The notes beneath the pieces were generated by a model. It made no database searches. It had not been told where the DNA came from and saw only the letters and a list, made by a program, of their open reading frames with translations. Position numbers and translations under genes: made by a program. Shown piece after piece: positions 12,600-21,638 of a stretch of 64,000 nucleotides of DNA (position 1 is the first letter of the stretch; every line of letters starts with the position of its first letter). The stretch spans positions 1,088,001 through 1,152,000 of the forward strand of contig OY970399.1 of NCBI GenBank assembly GCA_963720545.1, in the 5' to 3' direction. Source of the DNA: an uncultured Acidobacteriota bacterium. GTDB taxonomy: Bacteria > Acidobacteriota > Vicinamibacteria > Fen-336.

Positions 12600-15536
12600 T
12601 CACGCTGATTCGTTGCCACCGGTCGTGTGGGGACAGATTTCCCGAAACGGGCAGCCGCTGCAAGCGCGCCATGAGGGTGTGGCCGGAAAATCGCGGTGGC
12701 GGATGCGAGCCGCGACGGTGCGAATGCGCGCTTCCGTCTCGTGCGCCTGCTCGAGCGTCGGCTTGCGGCCGGCGGCCAGCCCCTGCTCGACGAAGCGCAG
12801 CTCCACCCAGTCGGGCAGCCGCCCTTCGGTGCGCAGGTGCGCGAGGGCGTAGACGTCGAGTTGCAGGCTGTCCTTGACGCGTTCCTGCGCCTTTTTCAGG
12901 TCGTCGACGTCGCCGGTCTTGAAGTCGAGCACCGAGGTCTGGTCGCCGCGCGAAACCAGCAGGTCGTAGCGGCCGTTGACGCGGGTGCCGTCCACGTAGA
13001 ACGTGAATTCCTTCTCGACCGCGGTCGGCCGCAGCGGCGCCAGCGCATCGTTCGCATGGAACTGGCGCAGCGCCGCCTCCCCCGCGCGCAGGCGCTCTTC
13101 CTCGTGCTCGCGCGAGAGGAAGCCTTCCGCCACCCACGCGCCGCAAAACGCGGTTACCAGCCCGTCGGCGCCGAGCTCACGGCCGGCGAGCCGCTCGCGG
13201 AAGAAGTGCTCGAGCGCGCGGTGCACGGCGTTGCCGTAGGCGATGCGGTGATGCGCGAGCAGCGGCACCCGCAGGATGTGGATGTAGCGGTACTTCAGCG
13301 GACAGGTCTCGTAGTCGTCGAGCTGCCGGTTCGAGAGGCGCACCATTTCGTCGTCGTCCACCGGCGGCGGCTGCGGCACGAGCTCCTCGCCCACCGGCTG
13401 GTTGCGGCGCAGCGCCTCGATGGCGCTGCTGCGCCGCGGCGCGGCCTTCACCGTCGGCAGGTCGAGCGCCTCGACCACGAAGCGCGAGATCTTGCGCTGG
13501 CGCGCGCCGCCATGGTCGGCGGACGACGTGAGGATCAGCTCGTCCTTGGCGCGCGTCATGGCGACGTGGAACAAGCGCCGCTCTTCCTGCATGTGGGCGT
13601 CGCCGGTGTCGAAGGCGTCCTTCAGCAGCGCATCGGGCAGCGCCAGGTTCTCGGAGCGGTTGCGCAGCGGGAACTTCTGGTCCACGGCATTCACCAGGAA
13701 CACCACCGGGAACTCGAGGCCCTTGGCGGCGTGCACCGTCATTACGTGCACGGCGTCTTCGTCCTGGTCGGCTTCGGCCACCGCCGGATCGCTGCCGGCA
13801 TCGCGCAGCAGCGTGAGGTGCGAGACGAAGTCGGGCACCCGGTCGTGCTCGGCGACGTCGCCGTACGCCTTGACCACGTCGAAGAAGCGCGACAGGTTCT
13901 TGATCTTCGCCTCGGCCGTGGGCGATGCTTCGCGCGACAGCTCGCCGAGATAGCCCGACGCGAGCAGGAAGCCGTAGAGCACCTCGCCGGTGCGCTTGCG
14001 CGGCAGTTCGGCTGCGGCGCGTTCGTGCAGCTCGATGAGGCGCTTGACGGCGGTGCGGGTCTTGCCGCCGACCGAGGCGAGCGTGGCATCGCCTTCGAGG
14101 TTGCGGAACACGTCGAGGAGCGGCTGGCGCTTGCGCTGCGCGTGACTGTTGAGGCGCAGCAGGTCGGCCTCGTCGGCGCCGAACAGATCGGAGGCGGCGA
14201 GGTAGAAGACCGACACCGAGTCTTCGGGCTGCGCGAGGGAGCGCAGAAACGCGACCGCGAGGCGTACCTCTTCGCGCGCGTAAAGGCCGCGGCTGCCGCT
14301 GAAGCGGTGCGGAATCTCCCGGACGTTCAGGGCGCGCAGGAACGGGTCGGCGTCGGCGTTGCTGCGCACCAGGATGGCGAAGTCGCGCGGGCGGAAGCCC
14401 GACTGGATCCGGTCGGCGATGCCGGCGGCCACACCGTCGGCTTCGGCGGACAGCGAATCGAAGTGCTGGTGGCGCACCGGCGCGCCGTGTCCGCGCTCGG
14501 CGCGCAGCGCCTTGTCAATGCCGGCAACGACCTCGAGCCGCTGCGGGTTGTTGTAGCGGACCAGCCGCCGCGAGGCGTCGAGGATTTCCTGGGTGGAGCG
14601 GTAGTTGTCGCGCAGCACCACCTCGCGGCATCCGGGGTAGAGCCGCCGGAACGCCAGCAGGTTGGCCGATGCGGCGCCGCGCCACCGGTAGATGGCCTGG
14701 TCGTCGTCGCCCACCACCGTCACGTTGGGATCGCCCTCGCCCGCCACCAGGCGCAGCAGTTCGAGCTGGGCATGGTTGGTGTCCTGGAACTCGTCCACCA
14801 GCAGGTGGCGGTAGCGCTGCCGCAGCTTCGCGAGCGCCTGCGGGCGCGAGCGCAGCGCCTGCAGCGCGCCGAAGATCTGGTCGCCGAAGTCGGCAAGCCC
14901 GGCCCGCGCCATGAGCTGCTGGTAGGTCTCGTAAAAGGCGGCGATCTCGAGCTGCCGCTCGGCCTCGTCGATGCCTTCGGGAGTGGTCGCGGTGGCCGCC
15001 AGGCCTTCGGCCCACGCGCGATATTCGCGCGGCCAGACGTCTTCATCCTTGGCGCGGCTCACCACGTCGAGCAGGTTCGAGAGGTGGCGCGTGGGATCGC
15101 CGAGCGGCCGATAGCGATAAAGCGGCAGCTCGAACAGCCGCTCGCTGAGGAAGATGATCTGTTCGGGTCGCGTGAGCACCCGAAAGTCGGGATCGAGCCC
15201 GGCCTCGAGCGCCGTGTCGCGCAGCACCCGGTCGCCGAACGCATGGAAGGTGGCGATGAACGTCTCGGCGTACCCGTAGGGAATGAGCTGGTCCACACGC
15301 TCGGCCATCTCCACCGCAGCCTTCTCGGTGAAGGTGAGCGCCAGGATCTCCTCGGGCCGCGCCGCCTTGCTGGTGATGAGATGAGCGATGCGCCGCGTGA
15401 GCACGGTCGTCTTCCCTGTGCCCGCTCCGGCAATGATGAGAAGCGGCCCGCTGCCGTGCAGCACCGCCTCGCGCTGCGCTTCCCGCAGCCCCGAGACGAT
15501 TGGCTCCGACGCGGCCGTCACTGGCTCGGTTGCCAT
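12600..15536 (-). CDS. UvrD/PcrA-type SF1 helicase fused to C-terminal PD-(D/E)XK nuclease with four-Cys (Fe-S) motif, AdnB/AddA-like
   Basis: AGAGTGKT, LVDEFQD, VGDDDQAIY, NYRS, TVHAAKGLEF, EERRLFHVAMTRA; CP...GRYD...DFKTG...QL..Y...CSGCPFREIC. ATG 15536 lies 6 nt after TACGCT. Confidence 0.92.
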   Translation of the reverse strand: MATEPVTAASEPIVSGLREAQREAVLHGSGPLLIIAGAGTGKTTVLTRRIAHLITSKAARPEEILALTFTEKAAVEMAERVDQLIPYGYAETFIATFHAFGDRVLRDTALEAGLDPDFRVLTRPEQIIFLSERLFELPLYRYRPLGDPTRHLSNLLDVVSRAKDEDVWPREYRAWAEGLAATATTPEGIDEAERQLEIAAFYETYQQLMARAGLADFGDQIFGALQALRSRPQALAKLRQRYRHLLVDEFQDTNHAQLELLRLVAGEGDPNVTVVGDDDQAIYRWRGAASANLLAFRRLYPGCREVVLRDNYRSTQEILDASRRLVRYNNPQRLEVVAGIDKALRAERGHGAPVRHQHFDSLSAEADGVAAGIADRIQSGFRPRDFAILVRSNADADPFLRALNVREIPHRFSGSRGLYAREEVRLAVAFLRSLAQPEDSVSVFYLAASDLFGADEADLLRLNSHAQRKRQPLLDVFRNLEGDATLASVGGKTRTAVKRLIELHERAAAELPRKRTGEVLYGFLLASGYLGELSREASPTAEAKIKNLSRFFDVVKAYGDVAEHDRVPDFVSHLTLLRDAGSDPAVAEADQDEDAVHVMTVHAAKGLEFPVVFLVNAVDQKFPLRNRSENLALPDALLKDAFDTGDAHMQEERRLFHVAMTRAKDELILTSSADHGGARQRKISRFVVEALDLPTVKAAPRRSSAIEALRRNQPVGEELVPQPPPVDDDEMVRLSNRQLDDYETCPLKYRYIHILRVPLLAHHRIAYGNAVHRALEHFFRERLAGRELGADGLVTAFCGAWVAEGFLSREHEEERLRAGEAALRQFHANDALAPLRPTAVEKEFTFYVDGTRVNGRYDLLVSRGDQTSVLDFKTGDVDDLKKAQERVKDSLQLDVYALAHLRTEGRLPDWVELRFVEQGLAAGRKPTLEQAHETEARIRTVAARIRHRDFPATPSWRACSGCPFREICPHTTGGNESA

Positions 15537-15586
15537 GCCGCGAGCGTACAACCCAGAGGTGCACGGTCAGGTCCGCGAGCCGCAAG

Positions 15587-15690
15587 TGCGTCCGGACGCA
15601 GCACGGGTGCGTCTTCCCGAGGAGCGCAACGCTCGCGCAGCGACCGAGGGATCCCAGTTGCAGCAGGTCAGTGTGTCCGGACACAGTGAC
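15587..15690. repeat. Intergenic palindrome / REP-like cluster
   Basis: TGCGTCCGGACGCA (15587-15600), GTCTTCCCGAG...GAGGGATCCC (15611-15655) and GTCA-G-TGTGTCCGGACACA-G-TGAC (15667-15690); related motifs recur at 43431-43706. Confidence 0.8.
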
Positions 15691-15709
15691 TACCGATCGA
15701 ACGTTTGGC

Positions 15710-16360
15710 TTAGGCCATCACTTGTCCGCCACAATGCCTGGTGATCGTGACGGCGGTGTCGGCGGCGACCTGCTCCACCTGGGACGCCGGAAGCGAGGAC
15801 GGCGCGTAGACCACGATCCAGGCGTTGACCGTGGCTTCGCTCGTGGCGGTGCGGCCGGAGTCGGAGGTTGGGTTGCCGAACGGGCCCTGCTGGTCGACGA
15901 GGACCGGGCGCCCGGCGACGTTCACCGACGCCTTGCGGATGCCTTCGTACGACTCGTCCGCATGGCCGAGACGCAGCGTCACCGGCGGCTGCACCTTGTC
16001 GAGGTCGTAGAGGCCGAACGGCAGCTGGTGCTTCACCGACGACAGGTTGAGCGCGTCCACGATCGAATTGATACGTGGGAACGGATCGCCCTTGAGGATG
16101 CGGCGCGCGAGCGCCTCGCTCGACGGCCGCGTCTTCGTCGGGTCGATGCCGAGCGCCTTGTAGAGTTCGCGGGCAGCGCTCGCACCCGGGATGTCGGCAC
16201 TCGCGACGCCCGCATGGCGCGCGGCAAAACTGGCGCAGAAGGCAGCGATCTCGTCGCCGAGGCCGGCATGCGCAGTGGTGACGCGCACGCCGGCAAGCGC
16301 GACGGTCGCAAGCCGCACGCGCGGGGCAATCGCAGCGTCGACGACGACGGCAACGCTCAT
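15710..16360 (-). CDS. Stand-alone B3/B4 (PheT-like tRNA editing) domain protein
   Basis: GIDPTKTRPSSEAL, INSIVDALNLSS, GLYDLD, GPFGNPTSDS. Confidence 0.88.
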   Translation of the reverse strand: MSVAVVVDAAIAPRVRLATVALAGVRVTTAHAGLGDEIAAFCASFAARHAGVASADIPGASAARELYKALGIDPTKTRPSSEALARRILKGDPFPRINSIVDALNLSSVKHQLPFGLYDLDKVQPPVTLRLGHADESYEGIRKASVNVAGRPVLVDQQGPFGNPTSDSGRTATSEATVNAWIVVYAPSSLPASQVEQVAADTAVTITRHCGGQVMA

Positions 16361-17784
16361 TTGGCGACGATCGCCTTCACGATCTCGTCGATCGCGGCGC
16401 GCGCCTCGCGGTCGTCGGCGGTGAAGTTGTTGCAGAAGATGGCGAACACGCGCTCTTCACCCTTGACCGTGCGCGCGTAGCCGGCGAGGGCCGCGACGCC
16501 GCGCAGCGATCCGGTCTTCGCAAACACGCGCCCTTCGGCCGGCGTGCCGCGCAGCCGTCCCTTGAGCGTGCCGTCCACTCCGGCCACCGGCAGGCTGGCG
16601 CGGAACACCGCGGCGTGCTGGTGCTTGCCCATGAAGCGCAGCAGCGCGACGAGGTCGGCGGCGGTGACGAGATCGGTGCGCGACAGGCCCGACCCGTCGT
16701 GCAGTCCGGCTTGCCCGGCGTCGACACCGGCACGCGAGAGCAGCGACGCGACCACGCGATGACCCGCTTCCAGGCTGTCGGTGCCGGGCGCGGTGCCGAG
16801 CGAACGCAGCAGCACTTCCGTGTAGAGATTCTGGCTCGGCTTGTTGATGAGCGCCAGCAGCTCGCCAAGCGGCGGGCCGTCCTGGCTCGCCAGCACGCGC
16901 ATGCCCGCAGGCAGCGGTTCGCTCGAGGTCGCGGCACCGAGCGACACACTCACGCCGCGCTCTTCGAGCGCTTCCACGAGCTGCTGCGCCGCGTAGTGCG
17001 CCGGATCCTCGAGGGCGATGCGCAGCGTCTCGACGTCGGCGCCGAGGGGCATGGTGCCGGAGAGGCGGATCTCGTTGCTGCCCGAAGCGCGCGACAACGC
17101 GAGGTCGGGCTCGGTGCCGGCCGCTGTCGTGCGGGCGACCGAGACGACCGAGTAGTAGCGCGACCTGGGCACAGCGTCGACGCGCACGGGATCGCCCGCG
17201 GACTCGCCCGGGAGCACGCCGAGCGCGACGCAGTTGTCGGCGAACGAGAGTGCCGCGATCTCGGCGCCGTAGCACCAGGTCAGGTCTTCCCAGCCCCAGT
17301 CATCGCCGCGCCGCTCGCCCTGAAAGGCGCCGCCCCAGCCGATGACCCGGCCCTCGATGCGGCGGACGGAAGCGGCCCTAAGCGCCTCCGCCAGCCGCTC
17401 GAACGAAGCGAGGGTGGCGTCGCCGCCGCCGACCAGGTACAAGTCGCCGAGCAGGCGCCCGAACGCATCGACGCGGCCGCTCGCCTGCAGCGTGGTACGA
17501 AAGCGGTGGTCGGGGCCGAAGGTGTCGAGCGCCGCGGCGGTCGCGAGCAGCTTGAAGGTGGATGCGGGCTTGAAGTTCTTCTGCGCGTCGCGCGCGTACA
17601 GCACGCGGCCGGAAGCGGCATTGACGATCTCGATGCCCCACGACGCGCGCGCCAGGGAGCCGCGCGCCGCGGCTTGCTGCACCGCCTTGACGAGCGGCGG
17701 GTCGGCGGCGACGACGAATGCAGGTGCGCCTGCGCCAAGCGCAGCGGTTGCCAGGGCCGCGACGGCGAGGGCGCTGCGACTCAG
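16357..17784 (-). CDS. dacB: D-Ala-D-Ala carboxypeptidase/endopeptidase (peptidase S13, PBP4); start inferred at CTG 17784
   Basis: PASTFK (SxxK), SQN (SxN), KTGSL, DGSGLSR. The frame stays open above GTG 17682 and encodes a signal-peptide-like segment. Confidence 0.9.
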   Translation of the reverse strand: MSRSALAVAALATAALGAGAPAFVVAADPPLVKAVQQAAARGSLARASWGIEIVNAASGRVLYARDAQKNFKPASTFKLLATAAALDTFGPDHRFRTTLQASGRVDAFGRLLGDLYLVGGGDATLASFERLAEALRAASVRRIEGRVIGWGGAFQGERRGDDWGWEDLTWCYGAEIAALSFADNCVALGVLPGESAGDPVRVDAVPRSRYYSVVSVARTTAAGTEPDLALSRASGSNEIRLSGTMPLGADVETLRIALEDPAHYAAQQLVEALEERGVSVSLGAATSSEPLPAGMRVLASQDGPPLGELLALINKPSQNLYTEVLLRSLGTAPGTDSLEAGHRVVASLLSRAGVDAGQAGLHDGSGLSRTDLVTAADLVALLRFMGKHQHAAVFRASLPVAGVDGTLKGRLRGTPAEGRVFAKTGSLRGVAALAGYARTVKGEERVFAIFCNNFTADDREARAAIDEIVKAIVAK

Positions 17785-18953
17785 GCGAGCTTGCTGCGGT
17801 CCGAGGCGCCCTGCTGCAGCGAGGCCACGCTGACCGGTTCGGGTGTCGGCTCGGACGTGGTCGCCCCGGGCATGGACATCGGCTTGTCCGGCGTCCAGCG
17901 GTCGCGCCCTTCGACGCCGCGGTGATAGTCGCGCGCGCTGCGCTCGCGGCGCAGCCTTCCGGTGTCTTCGCCGGCGGGCGCGTCGGCCATGCGGCAGAAG
18001 ATCATCTTGCCGGCGGTCGTCTGCAGCACGCTCGTCACCACCACCTCGACCGTGCGGCCCAGCACGCGCTTGCCCTGGTCCACGACCACCATGGTGCCGT
18101 CGTCGAGATAGGCGACGCCCTGGCCCACTTCCTTGCCTTCCTTGAGGACGAACACCTTCATGGTCTCGCCCGGCAGCACGATCGGCTTCAGCGAGTTGGT
18201 GAGCTCGTTGATGTTCAGCACCGGCACGCCGCGCAGCTGCGCCACCTTGTTGAGGTTGAAGTCGTTGGTGACGATCTTGCCGCTCATGCGCCGCGCCAGC
18301 TCGATGAGCTTCAGGTCAACTTCACGGATATCCGGGAAGTCGGTCTCGACGATCTCGATGTTGATGCCCGTGGTCTTCTGCATCTTCTGCAGGATGTCGA
18401 GGCCGCGGCGGCCGCGGTTGCGCTTCAGCGAGTCGGAGGAGTCGGCCACCTGCTGCAGCTCGCGCAACACGAACTGCGGCACCACCAGCGAGCCGTCGAG
18501 GAAGCCGGTTTCGCAAATGTCGGCGATGCGGCCGTCGATGATCACCGACGTGTCGAGCACCTTGTAGAGGTGCAGCCGTGGCGAATCGGTGAAGGAGGAG
18601 ACGATGCGCGCGGGCATCAGCCACTCGCTGCGGCGCGTGCCCATGCTGATGCCGAGAAAGGCGAGGCCCGCCGCGATCGTCATCTGCACGAGGTGCGCGG
18701 GGCCGATCTGGAGGCCGCCGAGGCTCGACCACAGCAACCGAGCGGCCACCAGGCCGGCCATGCCGCCGATGACGCCGCCCACGAGTGTATGGCCCGGCAG
18801 GTCGCGGAGCCTGTTTTCGATGACCAGCAGCACCAGGCCCACCGCCACAGCCGCCGCGGCGCCCACGAACGGCGACAGGTTCGGCGGCGACTGGCTATAC
18901 CCAATGAAGCCGAGAAGGGCCAGGAGCGCGGCCCGGGCAATGTTCAGGAACAT
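17781..18953 (-). CDS. Membrane PIN/TRAM domain protein (YacL-like)
   Basis: Four TM segments, [55 protein letters not shown]. Confidence 0.95.
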   Translation of the reverse strand: MFLNIARAALLALLGFIGYSQSPPNLSPFVGAAAAVAVGLVLLVIENRLRDLPGHTLVGGVIGGMAGLVAARLLWSSLGGLQIGPAHLVQMTIAAGLAFLGISMGTRRSEWLMPARIVSSFTDSPRLHLYKVLDTSVIIDGRIADICETGFLDGSLVVPQFVLRELQQVADSSDSLKRNRGRRGLDILQKMQKTTGINIEIVETDFPDIREVDLKLIELARRMSGKIVTNDFNLNKVAQLRGVPVLNINELTNSLKPIVLPGETMKVFVLKEGKEVGQGVAYLDDGTMVVVDQGKRVLGRTVEVVVTSVLQTTAGKMIFCRMADAPAGEDTGRLRRERSARDYHRGVEGRDRWTPDKPMSMPGATTSEPTPEPVSVASLQQGASDRSKLA

Positions 18954-19083
18954 GAAACCCTCGCGATGCGCGTACGGACTAAGCGCAGAAGCCTAAAAAA
19001 AGGCTCCATGAATAATGACCAGTCCCGATGATACGCCTTCGGCGCCGGATGCGTAAGCCAGTCGTTCCGGCCGCTGCGCGGGG

Positions 19084-20460
19084 CTATGCGAAGAGCTGCT
19101 CGAGGGCCTCGGATACCGTCCGCACGCCGCTGAGGCGCAGCGCCGCCGGAGCAGCCGGCGAGGCGTTGCCGCTCGGCAGCACGCAGGCATCGAAACCCAT
19201 GCTGGCCGCCTCGCGGATGCGCATCTCGGCCTGCGACACCCGCCGCACCTCGCCGCCCAGGCCGATCTCGCCGAAGACCACGGTGCCCGCGGGCAGCGCC
19301 CGGTTGCGGAAGGACGACGCGATGGCCGAAGCCACGGCCAGGTCTGCCGCCGGCTCGTTGATCTCGATGCCGCCCACCACGCTGACGAAGACGTCGTCGC
19401 TCATCAGCTCGAGACCGACGCGTTTCTCGAGCACGGCGAGCAGCAGGCTGAGGCGGTAGTTGTCGAAGCCGATGGCCGTGCGCCGCGGGTTGCCGAACGA
19501 CGTGGGCGACACCAGCGCCTGCACTTCCACCAGCATCGGCCGGGTGCCCTCGATGGTGGCGGCCACGGCCGAGCCGGGCGAGCCTTTCTGCCGTTCGGAA
19601 AGGAACAGGGCCGACGGATTCGCGACTGCCTGCAGCCCGGTGCCGGTCATCTCGAAGACGCCGAGCTCGGAGACGCTGCCGAAGCGGTTCTTCACCGCGC
19701 GCACGATGCGGTGGTGCTGCTGGCGGTCGCCCTCGAAGTAGAGAACCGTGTCGACGATGTGCTCGAGCGACTTCGGCCCGGCGAGGGCGCCGTCCTTCGT
19801 GACATGGCCGATGAGGAACACCGTGACGCCGCGGCCCTTGGCGAGATAGAGAAGCTGCGTGGCCACCTCGCGGACCTGGCTGATGCTGCCAGGCGCGGAG
19901 GCGAACTTCGACGAATACACGGTTTGCACCGAGTCGACGATGAGGGTTGCCGGCCGCACTTCTTCGACATGCTCGAGGATTTTCTCCAAGGACGTTTCGC
20001 CCACCAGCAGCAGCCCGCCGCCCTCGATGCCGAGCCGTTCGCCGCGCAGCTTGATCTGGCGCTCGGATTCCTCGCCCGAGACGTAGAGCACCGCACCGCC
20101 AGTGCGACCGAGGAGCTGTGCCACCTGCAGTAGCAAGGTGCTCTTGCCGATGCCGGGCTCGCCGCCGATGAGCACGATGGAACCCGGCACGAGGCCGCCG
20201 CCCAGCACCCGGTCGAACTCGCCGATGCCGGTGGCGATGCGGTCGGCCTCGGCGCCGTCAACCAGTTCGTAGGGCTTGGGCCGCGACTGGCTCTCGCCCG
20301 CGCCGCGCATCGGCCCGCGCGCCTTCCCTGCCGGCGGCTCGACCTCGCGGCGCTCCTCCACGAAGCTGTTCCAGTCGCCGCAGTCCGGGCAGCGGCCGAG
20401 CCACTTCGAGCTCTCGAAGCCGCACGCCTGGCAGGCGAAGAGGGTGCGGACCTTGCTCAC
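19084..20460 (-). CDS. radA: DNA repair protein RadA/Sms
   Basis: CxxC...CxxC zinc finger, GGEPGIGKSTL, KNRFG, GEIGLGGEVR. Confidence 0.98.
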   Translation of the reverse strand: MSKVRTLFACQACGFESSKWLGRCPDCGDWNSFVEERREVEPPAGKARGPMRGAGESQSRPKPYELVDGAEADRIATGIGEFDRVLGGGLVPGSIVLIGGEPGIGKSTLLLQVAQLLGRTGGAVLYVSGEESERQIKLRGERLGIEGGGLLLVGETSLEKILEHVEEVRPATLIVDSVQTVYSSKFASAPGSISQVREVATQLLYLAKGRGVTVFLIGHVTKDGALAGPKSLEHIVDTVLYFEGDRQQHHRIVRAVKNRFGSVSELGVFEMTGTGLQAVANPSALFLSERQKGSPGSAVAATIEGTRPMLVEVQALVSPTSFGNPRRTAIGFDNYRLSLLLAVLEKRVGLELMSDDVFVSVVGGIEINEPAADLAVASAIASSFRNRALPAGTVVFGEIGLGGEVRRVSQAEMRIREAASMGFDACVLPSGNASPAAPAALRLSGVRTVSEALEQLFA

Positions 20461-21614
20461 GCCGATGGGCCCGCGCCGCCCGGATAGCTGGAGGCGACGG
20501 CTACCGTTTCACCGTCGCGGACGTACACACGCGGCACGCGTGCACCGATTGCGGTGAGCACCTGCCACACAGTGGTGCCCGACCACTCGGCAACTTCCCA
20601 GGCCGTTGGCGCCTCGCCGAGGAAGGTGACCGGGTCGCCTTCCCGAAGCTCGGGAATGTCGGTGACGTCGAGCATGGTGAAGTCCATGCAGACGGTGCCC
20701 GCGACAGGTGCGCGCATGCCGCGCGCGAGGAAGTAGCCGTCGCGCGACATCGCCTGGGTGCGCGGCACGCCGTCGGCGTAGCCGAGGGGCACCGAGGCGA
20801 GGCGCGTGCGCCTTTGGGTGACGAAGCGCCCGCCGTACGACACGCCCACCCCTTCCGCCACCTCACGCAGATAGAGCACCGACGACGACACGCTCATCAC
20901 CGGCCGCACCGAAACTTCTGGCGCGCGCGGCCGCGGGCGCTGCCCATAAAGAAGGAGACCGGGCCGCGCCAGCGTGTGGCTGGGGCGAAGGTCGGCAAGC
21001 CCGGCGCTGTTCGCTGCATGCACCCATTGTGGCGCGACGCCATGACGCCTCAGGTCCGCAAGCGCGGCATCGAAAACGTCGAGCTGTCGCGCGGTCTCGG
21101 TCGCGTTTTCGTCGGCGGCGCTCAGGTGCGTCATCAGCCCGTCCACTTTCACGCCGGGCCGCCGCGCGAGAAATTCCGCCGCCGCCGTCACGTCCGCGGG
21201 CGCCAGGCCGAGGCGCGTCATGCCGACGTCCACCTTGAGGTGCACCGGAAGCGCGGCTGCGCCTTCGCCCAGCTCGCCCACCTCGGCCACCATGCGCGGC
21301 GTGGACAGCACCGGCGTCAGCCGCGCGGCCGCAAGCTGAGCCAGCTGCGCGCTCTCGAAGCCGCCGAGCACCACCAGTTCGCAACCGATGCCACTCGCAC
21401 GCAGCCGCAATGCTTCCTCGACATACATCACGGCCAGGCGCTCGGCGCCCTTGGCAACGAGCGACTCCGCCACCTGCAGCGCGCCGTGGCCGTAGGCGTC
21501 GGCCTTCACCACGGGCAGCAGCGGGATGCCGGCGTACGCGCCGAGCGCCGCGAAGTTGTCTTCGAGATGGCGCAGGTCGATGGTCGCGCGTGTAGAACGT
21601 GGCGTGTCGGTCAA
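20457..21614 (-). CDS. alr: Alanine racemase
   Basis: VVKADAYGHG, HLKVDVGMTRLG, HAANS, GYADG, GTVCMD. Confidence 0.97.
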   Translation of the reverse strand: MTDTPRSTRATIDLRHLEDNFAALGAYAGIPLLPVVKADAYGHGALQVAESLVAKGAERLAVMYVEEALRLRASGIGCELVVLGGFESAQLAQLAAARLTPVLSTPRMVAEVGELGEGAAALPVHLKVDVGMTRLGLAPADVTAAAEFLARRPGVKVDGLMTHLSAADENATETARQLDVFDAALADLRRHGVAPQWVHAANSAGLADLRPSHTLARPGLLLYGQRPRPRAPEVSVRPVMSVSSSVLYLREVAEGVGVSYGGRFVTQRRTRLASVPLGYADGVPRTQAMSRDGYFLARGMRAPVAGTVCMDFTMLDVTDIPELREGDPVTFLGEAPTAWEVAEWSGTTVWQVLTAIGARVPRVYVRDGETVAVASSYPGGAGPSA

Positions 21615-21621
21615 GGTGCGA

Positions 21622-21631
21622 AGCTTAGAAT
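21622..21631. promoter_or_regulatory. Putative bidirectional promoter (overlapping -10 boxes) for alr and the kinase-BRCT gene
   Basis: TAGAAT (+, 21626-31) is 7 nt before GTG 21639; TAAGCT (-, 21627-22) is 7 nt before TTG 21614. Confidence 0.65.
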
Positions 21632-21638
21632 AGCCGGC

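Noticed and set aside
12696..15689. 997-aa plus-strand ORF (similarly 31073-33322, 43628-45367, 54420-57302, 61405-63942)
   Set aside because: Each mirrors a well-supported gene on the other strand and has no recognisable motifs.
20814..21638. Long N-terminal extension of the kinase ORF
   Set aside because: Overlaps alr on the opposite strand; the -10 box and composition support a start at 21639 or 21648.
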